Shown piece after piece: positions 1 through 10,515 of a stretch of 64,000 nt of DNA; the stretch's first letter is position 1, and each line of letters starts with the position of its first letter. A program made the translations under genes and the position numbers. The notes below the pieces were generated by a model that was given only the letters and a program-made list of their open reading frames with translations, had not been told where the DNA came from and made no database searches. Source of the stretch: a virus (lineage: Duplodnaviria > Caudoviricetes); IMG/VR virus record IMGVR_UViG_3300037400_001617. One strand, given 5' to 3'.

Positions 1-267
1 TGGTGTCATATCTGAGCGAGTAAGATAGTTGATGTAACAGATTTCGAAACTGTTTCTATCTCCATTCTGTAAGAATGAATAACAGTTAAGATCAGGAAGC
101 AGAGCACTTCCAATCAGAACTCTTTGAGCTGCCATAGCCTGAACCTGTGCCTGATCGACCATAGGGTCGTCAAGCAGAATGACAAAGTGTTTACGACCAT
201 TACTATCAAGAGTATATCTTACCATTGAAAGGTCGTTAGCATTGTTTATATAGTATGCATGAGCCAT
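1..267 (-). CDS. hypothetical protein, partial (runs off the window start)
   Basis: ATG at 267 with AGGAGGT SD; open frame MAHAYYINNANDLSMVRY... to position 1; not in the ORF track. Confidence 0.75.
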   Translation of the reverse strand, partial: MAHAYYINNANDLSMVRYTLDSNGRKHFVILLDDPMVDQAQVQAMAAQRVLIGSALLPDLNCYSFLQNGDRNSFEICYINYLTRSDMTP

Positions 268-330
268 ACCAATACCTCCTTTTCTATAGTGTTAGGGGAT
301 GAGTAAAATCACCCCCTAACGTCGATACTA

Positions 331-2364
331 TCAGTTCTTCCTCTTGTTGTAGTTATTGTCCTTTCTTCTCTTCTTGTTTCTCTTCTGTTCATATTTCTTT
401 GCTCTTGCTGCTTTCTCAGGATCATAGTAATCTGTGATCACTGATGAAGTAGATACTGAAATAGGCTGTTCTTCTTCTTCATCTCCCCAGTCTTCTCCTT
501 CTTCTCTAGCACGGAGAGGAGGAGTAGAATTGTCTGGTGTCATCGTAGATGAAGTGTATGCCTTCTTAGGACGAGGTGTAGTGTCAACTGTATACATCCA
601 CCAAGGTGTCTCATTGTTCTTCACAGATTCCTCATAGATCTTCTTCGCATCGTCATTTTCCTCTATCTCTATGTGTTCTGAATCGTTCTTTTCAGATTCT
701 CCTTTAGTCCCCTGAAGCTGTTCCTTAACAAGCTCAGGAATCATCTTCATGAAAGCTGGGACGACTTTGTCGACGATATCGATGATGAGACTCTTCTTGT
801 CAGGCATTCCCTGATAAAGTGAAGCGACAGTCTCTTTCATGCTCTTAAAGTCTACCTCGACTGCCATGAAGTTCTCGTTGATCTTGTTTGCATCTGTTGC
901 ATACTCATCTCCGAGATTCTTAAGATCGTTTGCTATCTTTTCGATCTTTTCATCAAGGTCATTGATCTTGTTGTAGATCGATGAGGCGAATCTATCGAAC
1001 TCATCACGAGTGATGTAATCCGCATCGGTGTCTTCATCATCCTCATCTTCATTCAAATAATCAAGATCTCCTTTATAGTTAGCTGCAAGAACTTCAGCAG
1101 TAGCTGAATACGAATTCAGGATTGCGGTGTCGTCAGGAACAACCGACTCATCAACAATTTCTGCTTCAACATGCTCTACAGGAGTCTCATTTGTTTCGAC
1201 GTCAACAACCTCTTCTTCCTTCTTATCCTCTACTTCATCGTCTTCAGCCATTACATCAAGTCCTGAAGACGAAGTGAAGCTGTTAGGATTAGTAGCAAAT
1301 TCCGTCAGTCTTGCCATTGATTCTACGAACGAATCTGTGGAATCATCAGAAGTTATAACTGGTGCTGATATCGGTGCTGCCTTAGGTGCAGGTGCATGCT
1401 CCATATCAACAAATGATGAAGAACGGTCTACAAGTACCTTCTTCTTGGTCTTCTGGCTTACGCCGTCTACGATTACATCGTCTGTGTCAAAGATAATTTC
1501 GATTGCCATATTAGATAACTCTCCTTTTCTGCTTTCGCCCTTAACGTAGGTGCGATTGATTGTGGTGGGTGTGTTTGTAGCCATAAGGCTCTTGATCTCG
1601 TACTTCTGTCCGCAGACAGTGCATTCCATCTTATTGAATCCGAGATCAAAATCAATAAGACCATTGCATGGCATTTCTATACCATGTCTTTTGACCCTTC
1701 TAGTACAATAGCACTTCTTAGGGTCTAAGATAACGACAGACGGAAAGTCACATAAGATTGGGCCAAAGTTTCTTCTTATAACCCACTGCTTAGGTGTAGC
1801 GATTCCTACATCTGTCATGGCAATCTTTCTTCTTCTGAAGACGATATCTAAGATATCAAAGATCTGATCGCCATAATCTATTATACTGTCTTTGTCTATT
1901 CTGAGACCAACCTCATCCAATGCTATTGCACCAGACTGAGTCACATCATAGACTTTGGTACAGTATGGTTTAAGAACATGCTGAACGTTGAACTCGTCCT
2001 TGTTGTTCTTAAATCCTTCTAGAGAGGTGCTTATCTTAGCACCGAACTGAGGGAATTCAACAGATGAATAGAACCTTCTATTAGTTCCACCGATCTCTGT
2101 CTTGAACCCTCTGCTTTCCATAAACTCATCCAGAAGATGATACTTTTCTATCGGATGAGTTGTTAGAGTTGGTGAGACAGCTACATCCTCGATGAACTTG
2201 ATGTCCTGAGGAGTGAACCATCTCGCTAATGGAGGACTCTGCCAAGAATCATACCAACGAATCATCTGATCATCGATAGACATCTCTGGATCGAATCCAT
2301 GCGTTTCTTTATACTTAGCCACAGGGTCAAAGTATATTTTATCGAGGTCTTTATTCACTCTCAT
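331..2364 (-). CDS. protein with N-terminal kinase-like domain, Cys-rich Zn ribbon, and acidic/coiled-coil C-terminal half
   Basis: 677 aa; GGTNRRFY (Gly loop), GAKI (Lys), NKDEF (helix C Glu), TDVG...KQW, ILCDFP (DFG-like), then CxC...C...CxxC. Confidence 0.55.
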   Translation of the reverse strand: MRVNKDLDKIYFDPVAKYKETHGFDPEMSIDDQMIRWYDSWQSPPLARWFTPQDIKFIEDVAVSPTLTTHPIEKYHLLDEFMESRGFKTEIGGTNRRFYSSVEFPQFGAKISTSLEGFKNNKDEFNVQHVLKPYCTKVYDVTQSGAIALDEVGLRIDKDSIIDYGDQIFDILDIVFRRRKIAMTDVGIATPKQWVIRRNFGPILCDFPSVVILDPKKCYCTRRVKRHGIEMPCNGLIDFDLGFNKMECTVCGQKYEIKSLMATNTPTTINRTYVKGESRKGELSNMAIEIIFDTDDVIVDGVSQKTKKKVLVDRSSSFVDMEHAPAPKAAPISAPVITSDDSTDSFVESMARLTEFATNPNSFTSSSGLDVMAEDDEVEDKKEEEVVDVETNETPVEHVEAEIVDESVVPDDTAILNSYSATAEVLAANYKGDLDYLNEDEDDEDTDADYITRDEFDRFASSIYNKINDLDEKIEKIANDLKNLGDEYATDANKINENFMAVEVDFKSMKETVASLYQGMPDKKSLIIDIVDKVVPAFMKMIPELVKEQLQGTKGESEKNDSEHIEIEENDDAKKIYEESVKNNETPWWMYTVDTTPRPKKAYTSSTMTPDNSTPPLRAREEGEDWGDEEEEQPISVSTSSVITDYYDPEKAARAKKYEQKRNKKRRKDNNYNKRKN

Positions 2365-3962
2365 TATACTTCCTCCCCCATCGCTTTGTACTGAGCAAGT
2401 CTAGCATTGATATTGTACTCAGTCAATGCATCCTGCTGTTCGTCAGTAAGCTGACTTGCTAGATCCTTAGTAGGATCAAACAAAGGTTTACCATATATGT
2501 CCTTAATTACTCCGTTGTCATCTGGAGCTATAGGAGCTGTACCAACTATCGGTGGACACGGATCAGCATCTCTTATTGGTGCATTATAGTCAACTCTACA
2601 GTTGCCAGTTCTGAGCTTATCTAAGAAGGCTCTCTTTCGCATCTCATAGTTGACTTTAAGCTTATTAGTAAGATACTGTTCAACCTGAGGACCATTAAAC
2701 AGCTCAGGATGATTCTGATAGTCGTACGCCAGTTTTACATCCCTTCTATCGCCAAGCTGAGTTGGCAGAGTATTCATATCGAACCTTATATTCGGATCAA
2801 TACCACTCAGATAGAAGGAACGTGTGTATTCTTTTGGTGACATATAGCAACCCGCTTTCCAACGAGTCATATGTCTCTTATAATCCTTCAGATAATAGGT
2901 ATTGTAAACCCATTTCATATATGGATCATCAACGCCATTCGTCAGGATCGATTCGTACGATGTAGCAAGTGCTTCTGGCGGTGGTGCACATACTACATCA
3001 AAGATATATCGTGCCATCTGCTTTTCATATTCTGATCTACGACAATTGTCATAGAAGTGCAGACGGGACTGATATTCTGCAACGTCGTGAGACTTGCTAT
3101 ACACAATCTTATGAGTACCAGTCTCTGGGTCGTTTGGTTGTGTTAAGAGAATTTCATCTCCTTCTTCTGTAAGAACAGATACGCTGACTCCAGACTCTTC
3201 AACTCTCTGGAAGTTCTCATCATAAGTGTAATCCATAAACTTATGATCTGCTTCGTATCTCATCTGCTGAAGATCCTCTTGAGATGGGAACATACGTCTT
3301 AATGTTTCCTCAACCTGTTTTGTCCAATCTTCAACAGATACATTTTCTGGTCGGCCCCACATCATGGTTCCTCTCCAGTAGTTCTTCATAGTCTGCATTT
3401 GAGCTTCCTGAGCTTTTCTGATCTCTTCAGCCTGCTCATTGTTCATCTGCATTCCGCCAATACCCATACCCATGCCAAACATATTGTATCCCTGCTGAGC
3501 CTGAGAGATATAAGAACCTCCCAACGGATTATAAGTTGTGGCCGCAGCGTTTACTATTGGATTGGAATACGGCATGGATGTTGCTGTCTTCTGTGTCATA
3601 CTGCTCTGCTGTCTTGCTATGTTCTGCCAGTTTGAGGCAGTAGAATCGCTTGATACACAAGACATTCCTTCGCTTTCCTCTTCATTGTCGAACGAGAAGT
3701 TTGATTCATCATTCAACTCATTCAGACCATCTAAAGAGAAATCTACATCTTCTGTCGGCTTTGGTGAACCATACATCTCTTCTTCGATGTATGATTTGCT
3801 TGACTGTAGCAGTCTCGCTTTTCTTTCAGCTCTTCTCTTCTTTTCTTCATCTAACATAACTGAAGCTGTCGGTGGAGCTGACTTTTCTTTAAGTTTGTTT
3901 AATGTCACATTATCATTCCTTTCATGTATTTGTATGTCTGAATAGTAGTAAGGTTGTGCCAT
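2364..3962 (-). CDS. hypothetical protein with Q/M/G-rich low-complexity segment
   Basis: 532-aa ORF, 1-nt overlap with the downstream gene; TATATATTAT motif upstream (3998-4007, minus strand). Confidence 0.8.
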   Translation of the reverse strand: MAQPYYYSDIQIHERNDNVTLNKLKEKSAPPTASVMLDEEKKRRAERKARLLQSSKSYIEEEMYGSPKPTEDVDFSLDGLNELNDESNFSFDNEEESEGMSCVSSDSTASNWQNIARQQSSMTQKTATSMPYSNPIVNAAATTYNPLGGSYISQAQQGYNMFGMGMGIGGMQMNNEQAEEIRKAQEAQMQTMKNYWRGTMMWGRPENVSVEDWTKQVEETLRRMFPSQEDLQQMRYEADHKFMDYTYDENFQRVEESGVSVSVLTEEGDEILLTQPNDPETGTHKIVYSKSHDVAEYQSRLHFYDNCRRSEYEKQMARYIFDVVCAPPPEALATSYESILTNGVDDPYMKWVYNTYYLKDYKRHMTRWKAGCYMSPKEYTRSFYLSGIDPNIRFDMNTLPTQLGDRRDVKLAYDYQNHPELFNGPQVEQYLTNKLKVNYEMRKRAFLDKLRTGNCRVDYNAPIRDADPCPPIVGTAPIAPDDNGVIKDIYGKPLFDPTKDLASQLTDEQQDALTEYNINARLAQYKAMGEEV

Positions 3963-4076
3963 TGGCCATTTGGCGCATCCCTAGTACACTCGCCACTATA
4001 ATATATAACTTACACTTTGTTTGCGATAACTACTTAGTAACAAGCCTGGATGGGCATGATAAGAAAGTGAGTGTGA

Positions 4077-4799
4077 ATGCACATGGAAAAATTAAGAGAT
4101 ATGATGATGGACTCTCTCACCCCGTTTCATAAGAAGCGGTCTCGTTATGAGAAAGGTGGAAGAGGTATTCCGTCAGTAACAGAGATCCTTGGTTACATAG
4201 ATAATCAGGGTCTTATTGATTGGGCGAATGCCATTGGTCGAAAGGGCCAAAACAATAAAGACATAGCAGCGAAGGCTGCTAGATATGGAACCGCTACTCA
4301 CTCAGCTATAGAGAACTACCTTAAGGAAGGTTACGATACAGGGTTTCTTGATAACTCTTCATTCAAAGCTTTTCTTAAGTGGTGGAATGGAATCAATAGC
4401 TGTCACAAAGTGGTAGTATTAGGACAGGAAGAAGCTCTTATAACTGAGCTCTTTGCTGGCACATATGATCTGCTTATCTCTATAGATGGAAAGATCTATA
4501 TGGTCGACTTCAAGACAAGCAATCATGTTAACTACAAATACTTCATGCAGTTGGCTGCCTACAGATATCTGATATACAGACTCAAAGGCATCAGCATTGA
4601 TGGAGTAATTATTCTTCAGCTTGGTAAAGGTCCTAATGCAGGATTCACCGAGTTCCCTCTGGACTTCAACATTCCAGATCATTACAACTTCATAGAGAAC
4701 TGTATGAATGCTTTCGTAGGAGCTCTCTACACATATCATAGTGCAGAGCCTCTGAAGGATCAGTTCAAAGACGTATTCTATGAGATCAACAAAAAATAA
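4077..4799 (+). CDS. PD-(D/E)XK exonuclease (MGME1/RecB-nuclease-like)
   Basis: IPSVTEIL, GTATH, AGTYDLL, VDFKTS, YFMQLAAY motifs. Confidence 0.85.
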   Translation: MHMEKLRDMMMDSLTPFHKKRSRYEKGGRGIPSVTEILGYIDNQGLIDWANAIGRKGQNNKDIAAKAARYGTATHSAIENYLKEGYDTGFLDNSSFKAFLKWWNGINSCHKVVVLGQEEALITELFAGTYDLLISIDGKIYMVDFKTSNHVNYKYFMQLAAYRYLIYRLKGISIDGVIILQLGKGPNAGFTEFPLDFNIPDHYNFIENCMNAFVGALYTYHSAEPLKDQFKDVFYEINKK

Positions 4800-4801
4800 G
4801 T

Positions 4802-4825
4802 AAGGGGAGTCAATCGACTCCCCTT
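4802..4825. terminator. hairpin between convergent genes, probable bidirectional terminator
   Basis: AAGGGGAGTC-aatc-GACTCCCCTT, 10-bp perfect stem. Confidence 0.75.
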
Positions 4826-4829
4826 ATCT

Positions 4830-6197
4830 TTATACCCATTCAGCATCAGAAATCATCTTGTTCTCGACAAGCAGCTTCTTAAGCTGACGTTTAATCTGAC
4901 CATACGATCTAGTCTTTGTGGGATCATAGTCAATCCCAATCGCACAGCACATGGCCTGATATCTATCAGTGCAGTTTCTTTCGGCATCCTGATATGCATT
5001 ATATGCTGCTGCGGCAAGATTGACATCATATATGACTTTCTCACTAGCTTTTTTGAGATGCTCAATCTCTTTCTTCATAGCTTCGATTGTAGCGATGTGT
5101 CTCTCATCTGCCGACTTGAAGTTGTCGGCAACTTGCTTAGATTTCTCGAGAGCTTCATTCTGAGTCTTAATGATGCTCTCAAGCTTAGCAATTGTATCCT
5201 CGAGATCCTTGACTTTCTTGTCGTAATCTGCAGGGATGTTCTTCTGCTTCTCAAGAACCTGTTCTAGTTCCTCTCTCATCATAGCTTCTCCGCAAGCCTG
5301 ATCTGAGAGTTTCTGGTTCTCTTCGGCAAGCTCGTTTCTCTCTCTACGGAATTCATTTCTTTCCTTTTCAAGCTCCATATACTGATCCTGAAGCTTGTGG
5401 AGTTCTGTGTTATCCTGATAGAGTTTGAACGCTTTTGGGTCTTGCTCATAGAGATAGCTTAAGATACGGTTTATGTTGTATCCTCTCTCTACGTAGGTCA
5501 TCTTGAAATCCTCAAGAAGAACCTGTTCCACAGCAGTTTGGTTCATTGTGACTGGAACTGATTCTACTGCTGATATCGGAAAGGTTATGATCTGACCGTG
5601 ATCCAGGTAAGATATAGCGTTTATATTCTTTGCCAGGATCTCTGGTGTGCTTGGAATCGCACTACGGCGATTTCCAGTGATTGACCCGATTATGCCAGGC
5701 TTACTACATAATGGTAAGCCTCTAGCCAGAGTACCATCACACCATACGACGAATATGGGACGATGAGATCCAGCTATGAGTTCGTTCTCGATGTCTTCTT
5801 TGTCATCAAAGACACCTGTTGTGATAACAACATCGCCTGGTTTGATCAGACATCTGTTGTACTGTTTCACCATATTCTTATTCAGGATAAGGTGAGGCTT
5901 GTTTCTTTTACCCATATCGGGTAACTGAACCCTCTTGGGTGTTTCTACCTCGAGAGTCTTTACTTCAGTTTTATCTTCAACAACGGCGGGAACTGGTGGC
6001 TGTTCTATAACTACTGGTTCTATAATTGAAATCTCCGATTCAGTAGTTTCTTCAATCACTTTAGCAGCCTCTTCGTTCTTGTCAACGTCATTGAGAACTG
6101 TTGTTGACTCAACTGGAGTAGTTTCCCTAACACCAACTTTACTGGTTCCTATGTAGTTAGTGTTAGCTTTTTTGTTCTTCTTCTTTCTTGAATGCAT
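4830..6197 (-). CDS. PemK/MazF-like domain fused to a long coiled coil
   Basis: KPGDVV...GSHRPIFVV...LPLCSK...SYLDHGQIITF follows the MazF/PemK pattern GD...G.RP.vV...P.TS...S....QI.T; heptad-rich C-terminal half. Confidence 0.55.
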   Translation of the reverse strand: MHSRKKKNKKANTNYIGTSKVGVRETTPVESTTVLNDVDKNEEAAKVIEETTESEISIIEPVVIEQPPVPAVVEDKTEVKTLEVETPKRVQLPDMGKRNKPHLILNKNMVKQYNRCLIKPGDVVITTGVFDDKEDIENELIAGSHRPIFVVWCDGTLARGLPLCSKPGIIGSITGNRRSAIPSTPEILAKNINAISYLDHGQIITFPISAVESVPVTMNQTAVEQVLLEDFKMTYVERGYNINRILSYLYEQDPKAFKLYQDNTELHKLQDQYMELEKERNEFRRERNELAEENQKLSDQACGEAMMREELEQVLEKQKNIPADYDKKVKDLEDTIAKLESIIKTQNEALEKSKQVADNFKSADERHIATIEAMKKEIEHLKKASEKVIYDVNLAAAAYNAYQDAERNCTDRYQAMCCAIGIDYDPTKTRSYGQIKRQLKKLLVENKMISDAEWV

Positions 6198-6313
6198 AAA
6201 GCAATCCTCCTTTTAAGTAATTAGCATAGTCATCCATGCTTACTATAATAGTATATAACCATAGATACTTACCAAGGCCAGAACTTCTAAGTAATCAGAA
6301 AAGGAGGAATCGT

Positions 6314-7450
6314 ATGTTTTACAGTAACCCAAACGCTACCAGACCTACTCTGGTAGAGATACATACAGCAGATATTCACTTTGGAGCAATGGATCCAAAG
6401 GTTCAATATGATCTCTTAACTAAAGGGATTCTCGACAAGCTTCAGAATATACAGTTCGATCTGTTCTGTATCAACGGAGACTTGTTTCATCATAAGTTCA
6501 TGAGTAACTCGGATGCGGTATTATATGCATCCATGTTTGTAGACAATATCGTACAGCTCTGTAAGAGAAATAGAGCTGCTCTGATCTTACTTCATGGTAC
6601 TGCGTCTCATGATGCTAACCAGTTAAAACTATTCTATCACTACCTCGCAGATACTACACTCGAGATGTACATAATAGAAACAGCTACATTCGTTTCAACA
6701 CACGGTAAGAAGATACTCTGTCTCCCAGAGGAATACAATAAGGGTAGAGATTACTATCTAAACCTCTTGGAGTGGAGCGGTTCATACGATAGTGTATGTA
6801 TGCACGGAAATCTTAAGGGTGCTATCTTCGGTTGCGACAAAGAAGATCTCGACACAACAAAGAACCCTACATTCGATATCAACTCATTCCAGTTCTGTAA
6901 GGGTCCTATCATTGCAGGACATGTACATGTGTCTGGCTGTTACCAAAGTCATATGTACTATTCAGGAAGTCCTCTTAGATGGCAGTTCGGAGAAGAAGAA
7001 ACTAAGGGCTTCTTGATAGTTATACACGACCTCGACTCTACTTACTATACAGTGCAAATGGAAGAAGTTGTGTCGTTCAAGTACAATACTATCAATCTGG
7101 ATGAGATGGTTAACTATGATCCTAAGGATGTAATCAAGTATCTAACGGACCTGAAAGCTACTGGTGTAGACTATATCAAAGTCAAGTTCACTAAGGGTGG
7201 TCCAACTGTAGATGCTCTTAAGGTATACTACAAGATGAACAATGAGATTACTATAGATGCTTCGGATGTTCAATTCCAAGAGACTATAAGAGAGAACCAA
7301 AAGGTGAGCGAAGAGTATGCTAAGTATTCATATATCTCCGACAAGAATCTTACTCCTAATGATATCATAGTACGATACATCAATGATGAGAAAGGTTGTG
7401 AATTCATCACTGTAGATGAGCTCGTCAAGTTACTCAGTTCAATCGATTAA
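6314..7450 (+). CDS. sbcD: SbcD/Mre11-like metallophosphoesterase nuclease
   Basis: ADIHFG, GDLFH, HGTASHD, MHG, GHVH, YSGS motifs; start moved to ATG 6314 after AAGGAGG. Confidence 0.9.
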   Translation: MFYSNPNATRPTLVEIHTADIHFGAMDPKVQYDLLTKGILDKLQNIQFDLFCINGDLFHHKFMSNSDAVLYASMFVDNIVQLCKRNRAALILLHGTASHDANQLKLFYHYLADTTLEMYIIETATFVSTHGKKILCLPEEYNKGRDYYLNLLEWSGSYDSVCMHGNLKGAIFGCDKEDLDTTKNPTFDINSFQFCKGPIIAGHVHVSGCYQSHMYYSGSPLRWQFGEEETKGFLIVIHDLDSTYYTVQMEEVVSFKYNTINLDEMVNYDPKDVIKYLTDLKATGVDYIKVKFTKGGPTVDALKVYYKMNNEITIDASDVQFQETIRENQKVSEEYAKYSYISDKNLTPNDIIVRYINDEKGCEFITVDELVKLLSSID

Positions 7451-7570
7451 GGGGAGTTTATCTCCCCTTCATAACCTGAATCAGATATATACTATCCATG
7501 AGTATAAAACTATCATCTTAGAAACATACAAGTAATCATATGAATCCTAAATTGGAGGAGGCATACACAT

Positions 7571-9664
7571 ATGCGAGTTAGAACCGCAGGTAAAACAATC
7601 GAACCAATGGCCTCTGAGGTGAAGATACCTCAGAGACTTTCAATAACACTTTTGGATATAATCTGTTCTTATATGATAACAGATAACAAAAACATTCGTC
7701 GTAAGGGATATACAAATATCCTCATGGCGATGAACACATTAGACCTTAGCATCTATACAGATGATGCATACTTATTACGTTTCGACTTCATTAAGACTGC
7801 TCTTAAGGCAAGAGTCGATAACGGCTTAACCAATCAGGCTCTCGTAATGGACTATATAGAAAACAATCTTGGAGATCTCTATAAGGAGATTGAACTTAGA
7901 GAGCTCAATAATAAAGAGATAGACTACATCAATCAGACAATCTCAAACATGCTTGACAATGTAGTCTTCGCACGTAATATAATGTCCTTTGAGTCTATAG
8001 CTCAGAGGTTTAAAGAAGCTAGTCCTAACCAGAAACCGTCTATAGTTAAAGAGTGGAAAGGACTTGTTGATGAAAGTAAGAATGCCATTCGTCAGCATCG
8101 TATAGAGAAGACTGACGAACAGATGTATTCACTGCAAGAGGGTGTATTCGAAGATTACGTAATGTACACTCACGCAGATTTATCTAGCCCGTGTAACAAA
8201 CTTGCCACAGGTATGATTGGATTCAATGTCCTTTTAGGGGGTGGATTCCAGTCTGATAGAATATATGGTATCTTTGGACTGCAGGGTGAAGGTAAGTCAT
8301 CAACTTTAGTTAACTTAGCATATCAGATCAAGATGTATAACAGAGGGTATAAGTGTAAAGACCCGACGAAGACACCTTGTGTAGTATATTTGACAATGGA
8401 AGATCATCCTAAGGAGACTCTGTCACGTCAGTTCTCGATGGTAACAGAACAGGGTAGTCTTATCGATCATGACGTTAATGAGTCAATTCAGCTTATGAGA
8501 CAGGGTGGTCTCGAGGTAACTCCAGATAACCCGATTGATATCATAGTCAAATATAAACCTAATGAGTCTGTAGACACATCATATATCTATGACTTAGTAG
8601 ACGATCTTGAAGAGATGGGATATGAAGTTATCTGCGTGATACTTGACTATCTCAACAGAATTCGTTCAGTCAATAAATTTAGTGCGTCCGAAGAAAGACT
8701 CAGACTTGGTGCTGTTGTAAATGAGCTTAAGACTATAGGAACAGAACTCCACATCCCAGTCATTACAGCAGCTCAGTTCAATAGAAGTGCTAATAAGAAT
8801 ATAGACGAAGCTAGAGAAAGCGGAACAGACGATCTTGTCAATCTTCTCGGAAGAGATAATATAGCTGAGTCTATGAAGATACTTGACAACCTCGATGCGG
8901 CATTCATGATAGTGCCAGAGTTCGATATCAATCATCATAAGTATCTCGGTATCAAGTTAGCAAAGAACAGATACCAGGTTGATTTAGAGTCTCCTCTTAT
9001 CAATACTAAGAAGAGATGTATTCATCATCCATACACAAACAACTTCTCTATGCGTCTTGCAGAAGATGTATTATCAGGAGTGCCAGTTCATAAGAAGACA
9101 CTCGTAGAGATGCAGATGTGTGATGAAGAAGGCATTGTAGTAGACGACAATGCTATCATTCCAGATAACAGCAATAGATTCAACTCTGCTGTTACAGAGT
9201 CTACAAAGAAGAATCTCCTCAAAGAAGCAGGTATCAAGGATACAAGTAAGACTACAGTAGTAGGTAATACTGTCGTACCTAATCTTGATAATATGACTGA
9301 GGAAGAGAAAACGAAGTACAAGAAGAAAACGTCAAAGAGTAAGAGTGCAACTAAGTGCACTCTCACACCTGATAGATATTCGTTCTTGTATACATTGACT
9401 CAAGACCCATTGGGATCTATCAATCAGAGATTTGTAGATGACTTCAACAAAGAGTTTAATACAAACTATGGTGTCGATATGTTCCCATACATAGCTAGTA
9501 CTAGAGAAATCAACCGTCTTAGAAAGGTGGAAGGTTCTCAGTATGAAGATATGAAATGCAAGAAGGGTGAACTATATACACCTCTCTTCAGGGTAGTAGA
9601 ACAGAGAAATCTGTTTGAGATATTGACTCCACAAGAGTATGCGGCTTCACGTTGCAGAAGCTGA
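7571..9664 (+). CDS. dnaB: DnaB-like replicative helicase
   Basis: Walker A GLQGEGKS, YLTMED, ILDYL, ITAAQFNR, KNR motifs. Confidence 0.9.
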   Translation: MRVRTAGKTIEPMASEVKIPQRLSITLLDIICSYMITDNKNIRRKGYTNILMAMNTLDLSIYTDDAYLLRFDFIKTALKARVDNGLTNQALVMDYIENNLGDLYKEIELRELNNKEIDYINQTISNMLDNVVFARNIMSFESIAQRFKEASPNQKPSIVKEWKGLVDESKNAIRQHRIEKTDEQMYSLQEGVFEDYVMYTHADLSSPCNKLATGMIGFNVLLGGGFQSDRIYGIFGLQGEGKSSTLVNLAYQIKMYNRGYKCKDPTKTPCVVYLTMEDHPKETLSRQFSMVTEQGSLIDHDVNESIQLMRQGGLEVTPDNPIDIIVKYKPNESVDTSYIYDLVDDLEEMGYEVICVILDYLNRIRSVNKFSASEERLRLGAVVNELKTIGTELHIPVITAAQFNRSANKNIDEARESGTDDLVNLLGRDNIAESMKILDNLDAAFMIVPEFDINHHKYLGIKLAKNRYQVDLESPLINTKKRCIHHPYTNNFSMRLAEDVLSGVPVHKKTLVEMQMCDEEGIVVDDNAIIPDNSNRFNSAVTESTKKNLLKEAGIKDTSKTTVVGNTVVPNLDNMTEEEKTKYKKKTSKSKSATKCTLTPDRYSFLYTLTQDPLGSINQRFVDDFNKEFNTNYGVDMFPYIASTREINRLRKVEGSQYEDMKCKKGELYTPLFRVVEQRNLFEILTPQEYAASRCRS

Positions 9665-10111
9665 TTGATTGTATGAGTCAATGAATGACTTCTCGGAGCC
9701 ATTGATACTACTAAGGGCTTGAGACATTTGAGACTTTGAGATAAGACGAACTTCACGGAAGTTGAAGTCTTTGACAGACCAAATGTCATTGAGCCATAGT
9801 ATAATGTAATAGAGCTCTCCGTTTCCATAGAGGAAATCGGCTAAGAGCTTAGGTCTAAAACGATATCTGAGGTACTCTTGCTCAGATAACGTGACCTTGG
9901 TAGACATATCTTTCAGATCCTGTATATAGTCTGACATGACATTGTATACATCGAACTCGATGTGATGTGCTGTATCGGGCTCTAACAGAGAAAGATAGTA
10001 GTATGACAACTGACCAGACGGCTTAGCATTAACGAAGTCGTCTAAAGTACAAGTTCTTGAAGGAACTTGCTGTGCGGAATTGACGTAGGTAGATGAGTTA
10101 TTGTACTTCAT
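9647..10111 (-). CDS. baseplate wedge (T4 gp53/LysM-like) protein
   Basis: RFRPKLLADFLYGNGELYYIILWLND resembles the gp53 RP..lA...YG....wiil..N pattern; ATG overlaps the upstream stop (ATGA). Confidence 0.55.
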   Translation of the reverse strand: MKYNNSSTYVNSAQQVPSRTCTLDDFVNAKPSGQLSYYYLSLLEPDTAHHIEFDVYNVMSDYIQDLKDMSTKVTLSEQEYLRYRFRPKLLADFLYGNGELYYIILWLNDIWSVKDFNFREVRLISKSQMSQALSSINGSEKSFIDSYNQSASAT

Positions 10112-10455
10112 TCGTAACACCTCCCGATGATCTGTACGTTGTTTATATTACCGCCTACAAAAGCAACTAAGAACTTAGTGCCTTTAGGGATGAACTTGTC
10201 TTCATAGGCGAGCATAATCTCTCTAGGTATCTTAAGGTCTAGTGTTATCTCACTAGACATCTTGCTAGTGGATAACCAGGTAAGGTCTTTATTCATAATA
10301 TAAGATCTATTAACTACTACAGTTCTTCCAACCTCTGTTTCAAAAGGCACCAATGCCTTGATATAGAATGGATGTTTAACTGTAGGGTTTTCATACTTGT
10401 TTACTTCTTCGTACAGGATAGCTTCTTGTACGTAGTTGTACTTCGAGTATTCCAT
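10108..10455 (-). CDS. hypothetical protein, possibly structural
   Basis: 115 aa, GGAGGTG SD, coupled to the gp53-like gene. Confidence 0.75.
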   Translation of the reverse strand: MEYSKYNYVQEAILYEEVNKYENPTVKHPFYIKALVPFETEVGRTVVVNRSYIMNKDLTWLSTSKMSSEITLDLKIPREIMLAYEDKFIPKGTKFLVAFVGGNINNVQIIGRCYE

Positions 10456-10515
10456 TCAATCACCTCCAGGATAACTTATTAGATGGTTCTGGAGACACAA
10501 TAAGGAGGAACCTAT

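Noticed and set aside
4077-4799. Cas4 or CRISPR-associated nuclease
   Set aside because: It lacks the four-Cys Fe-S ligands of Cas4, and no repeat-spacer array or other cas gene is visible in the window.
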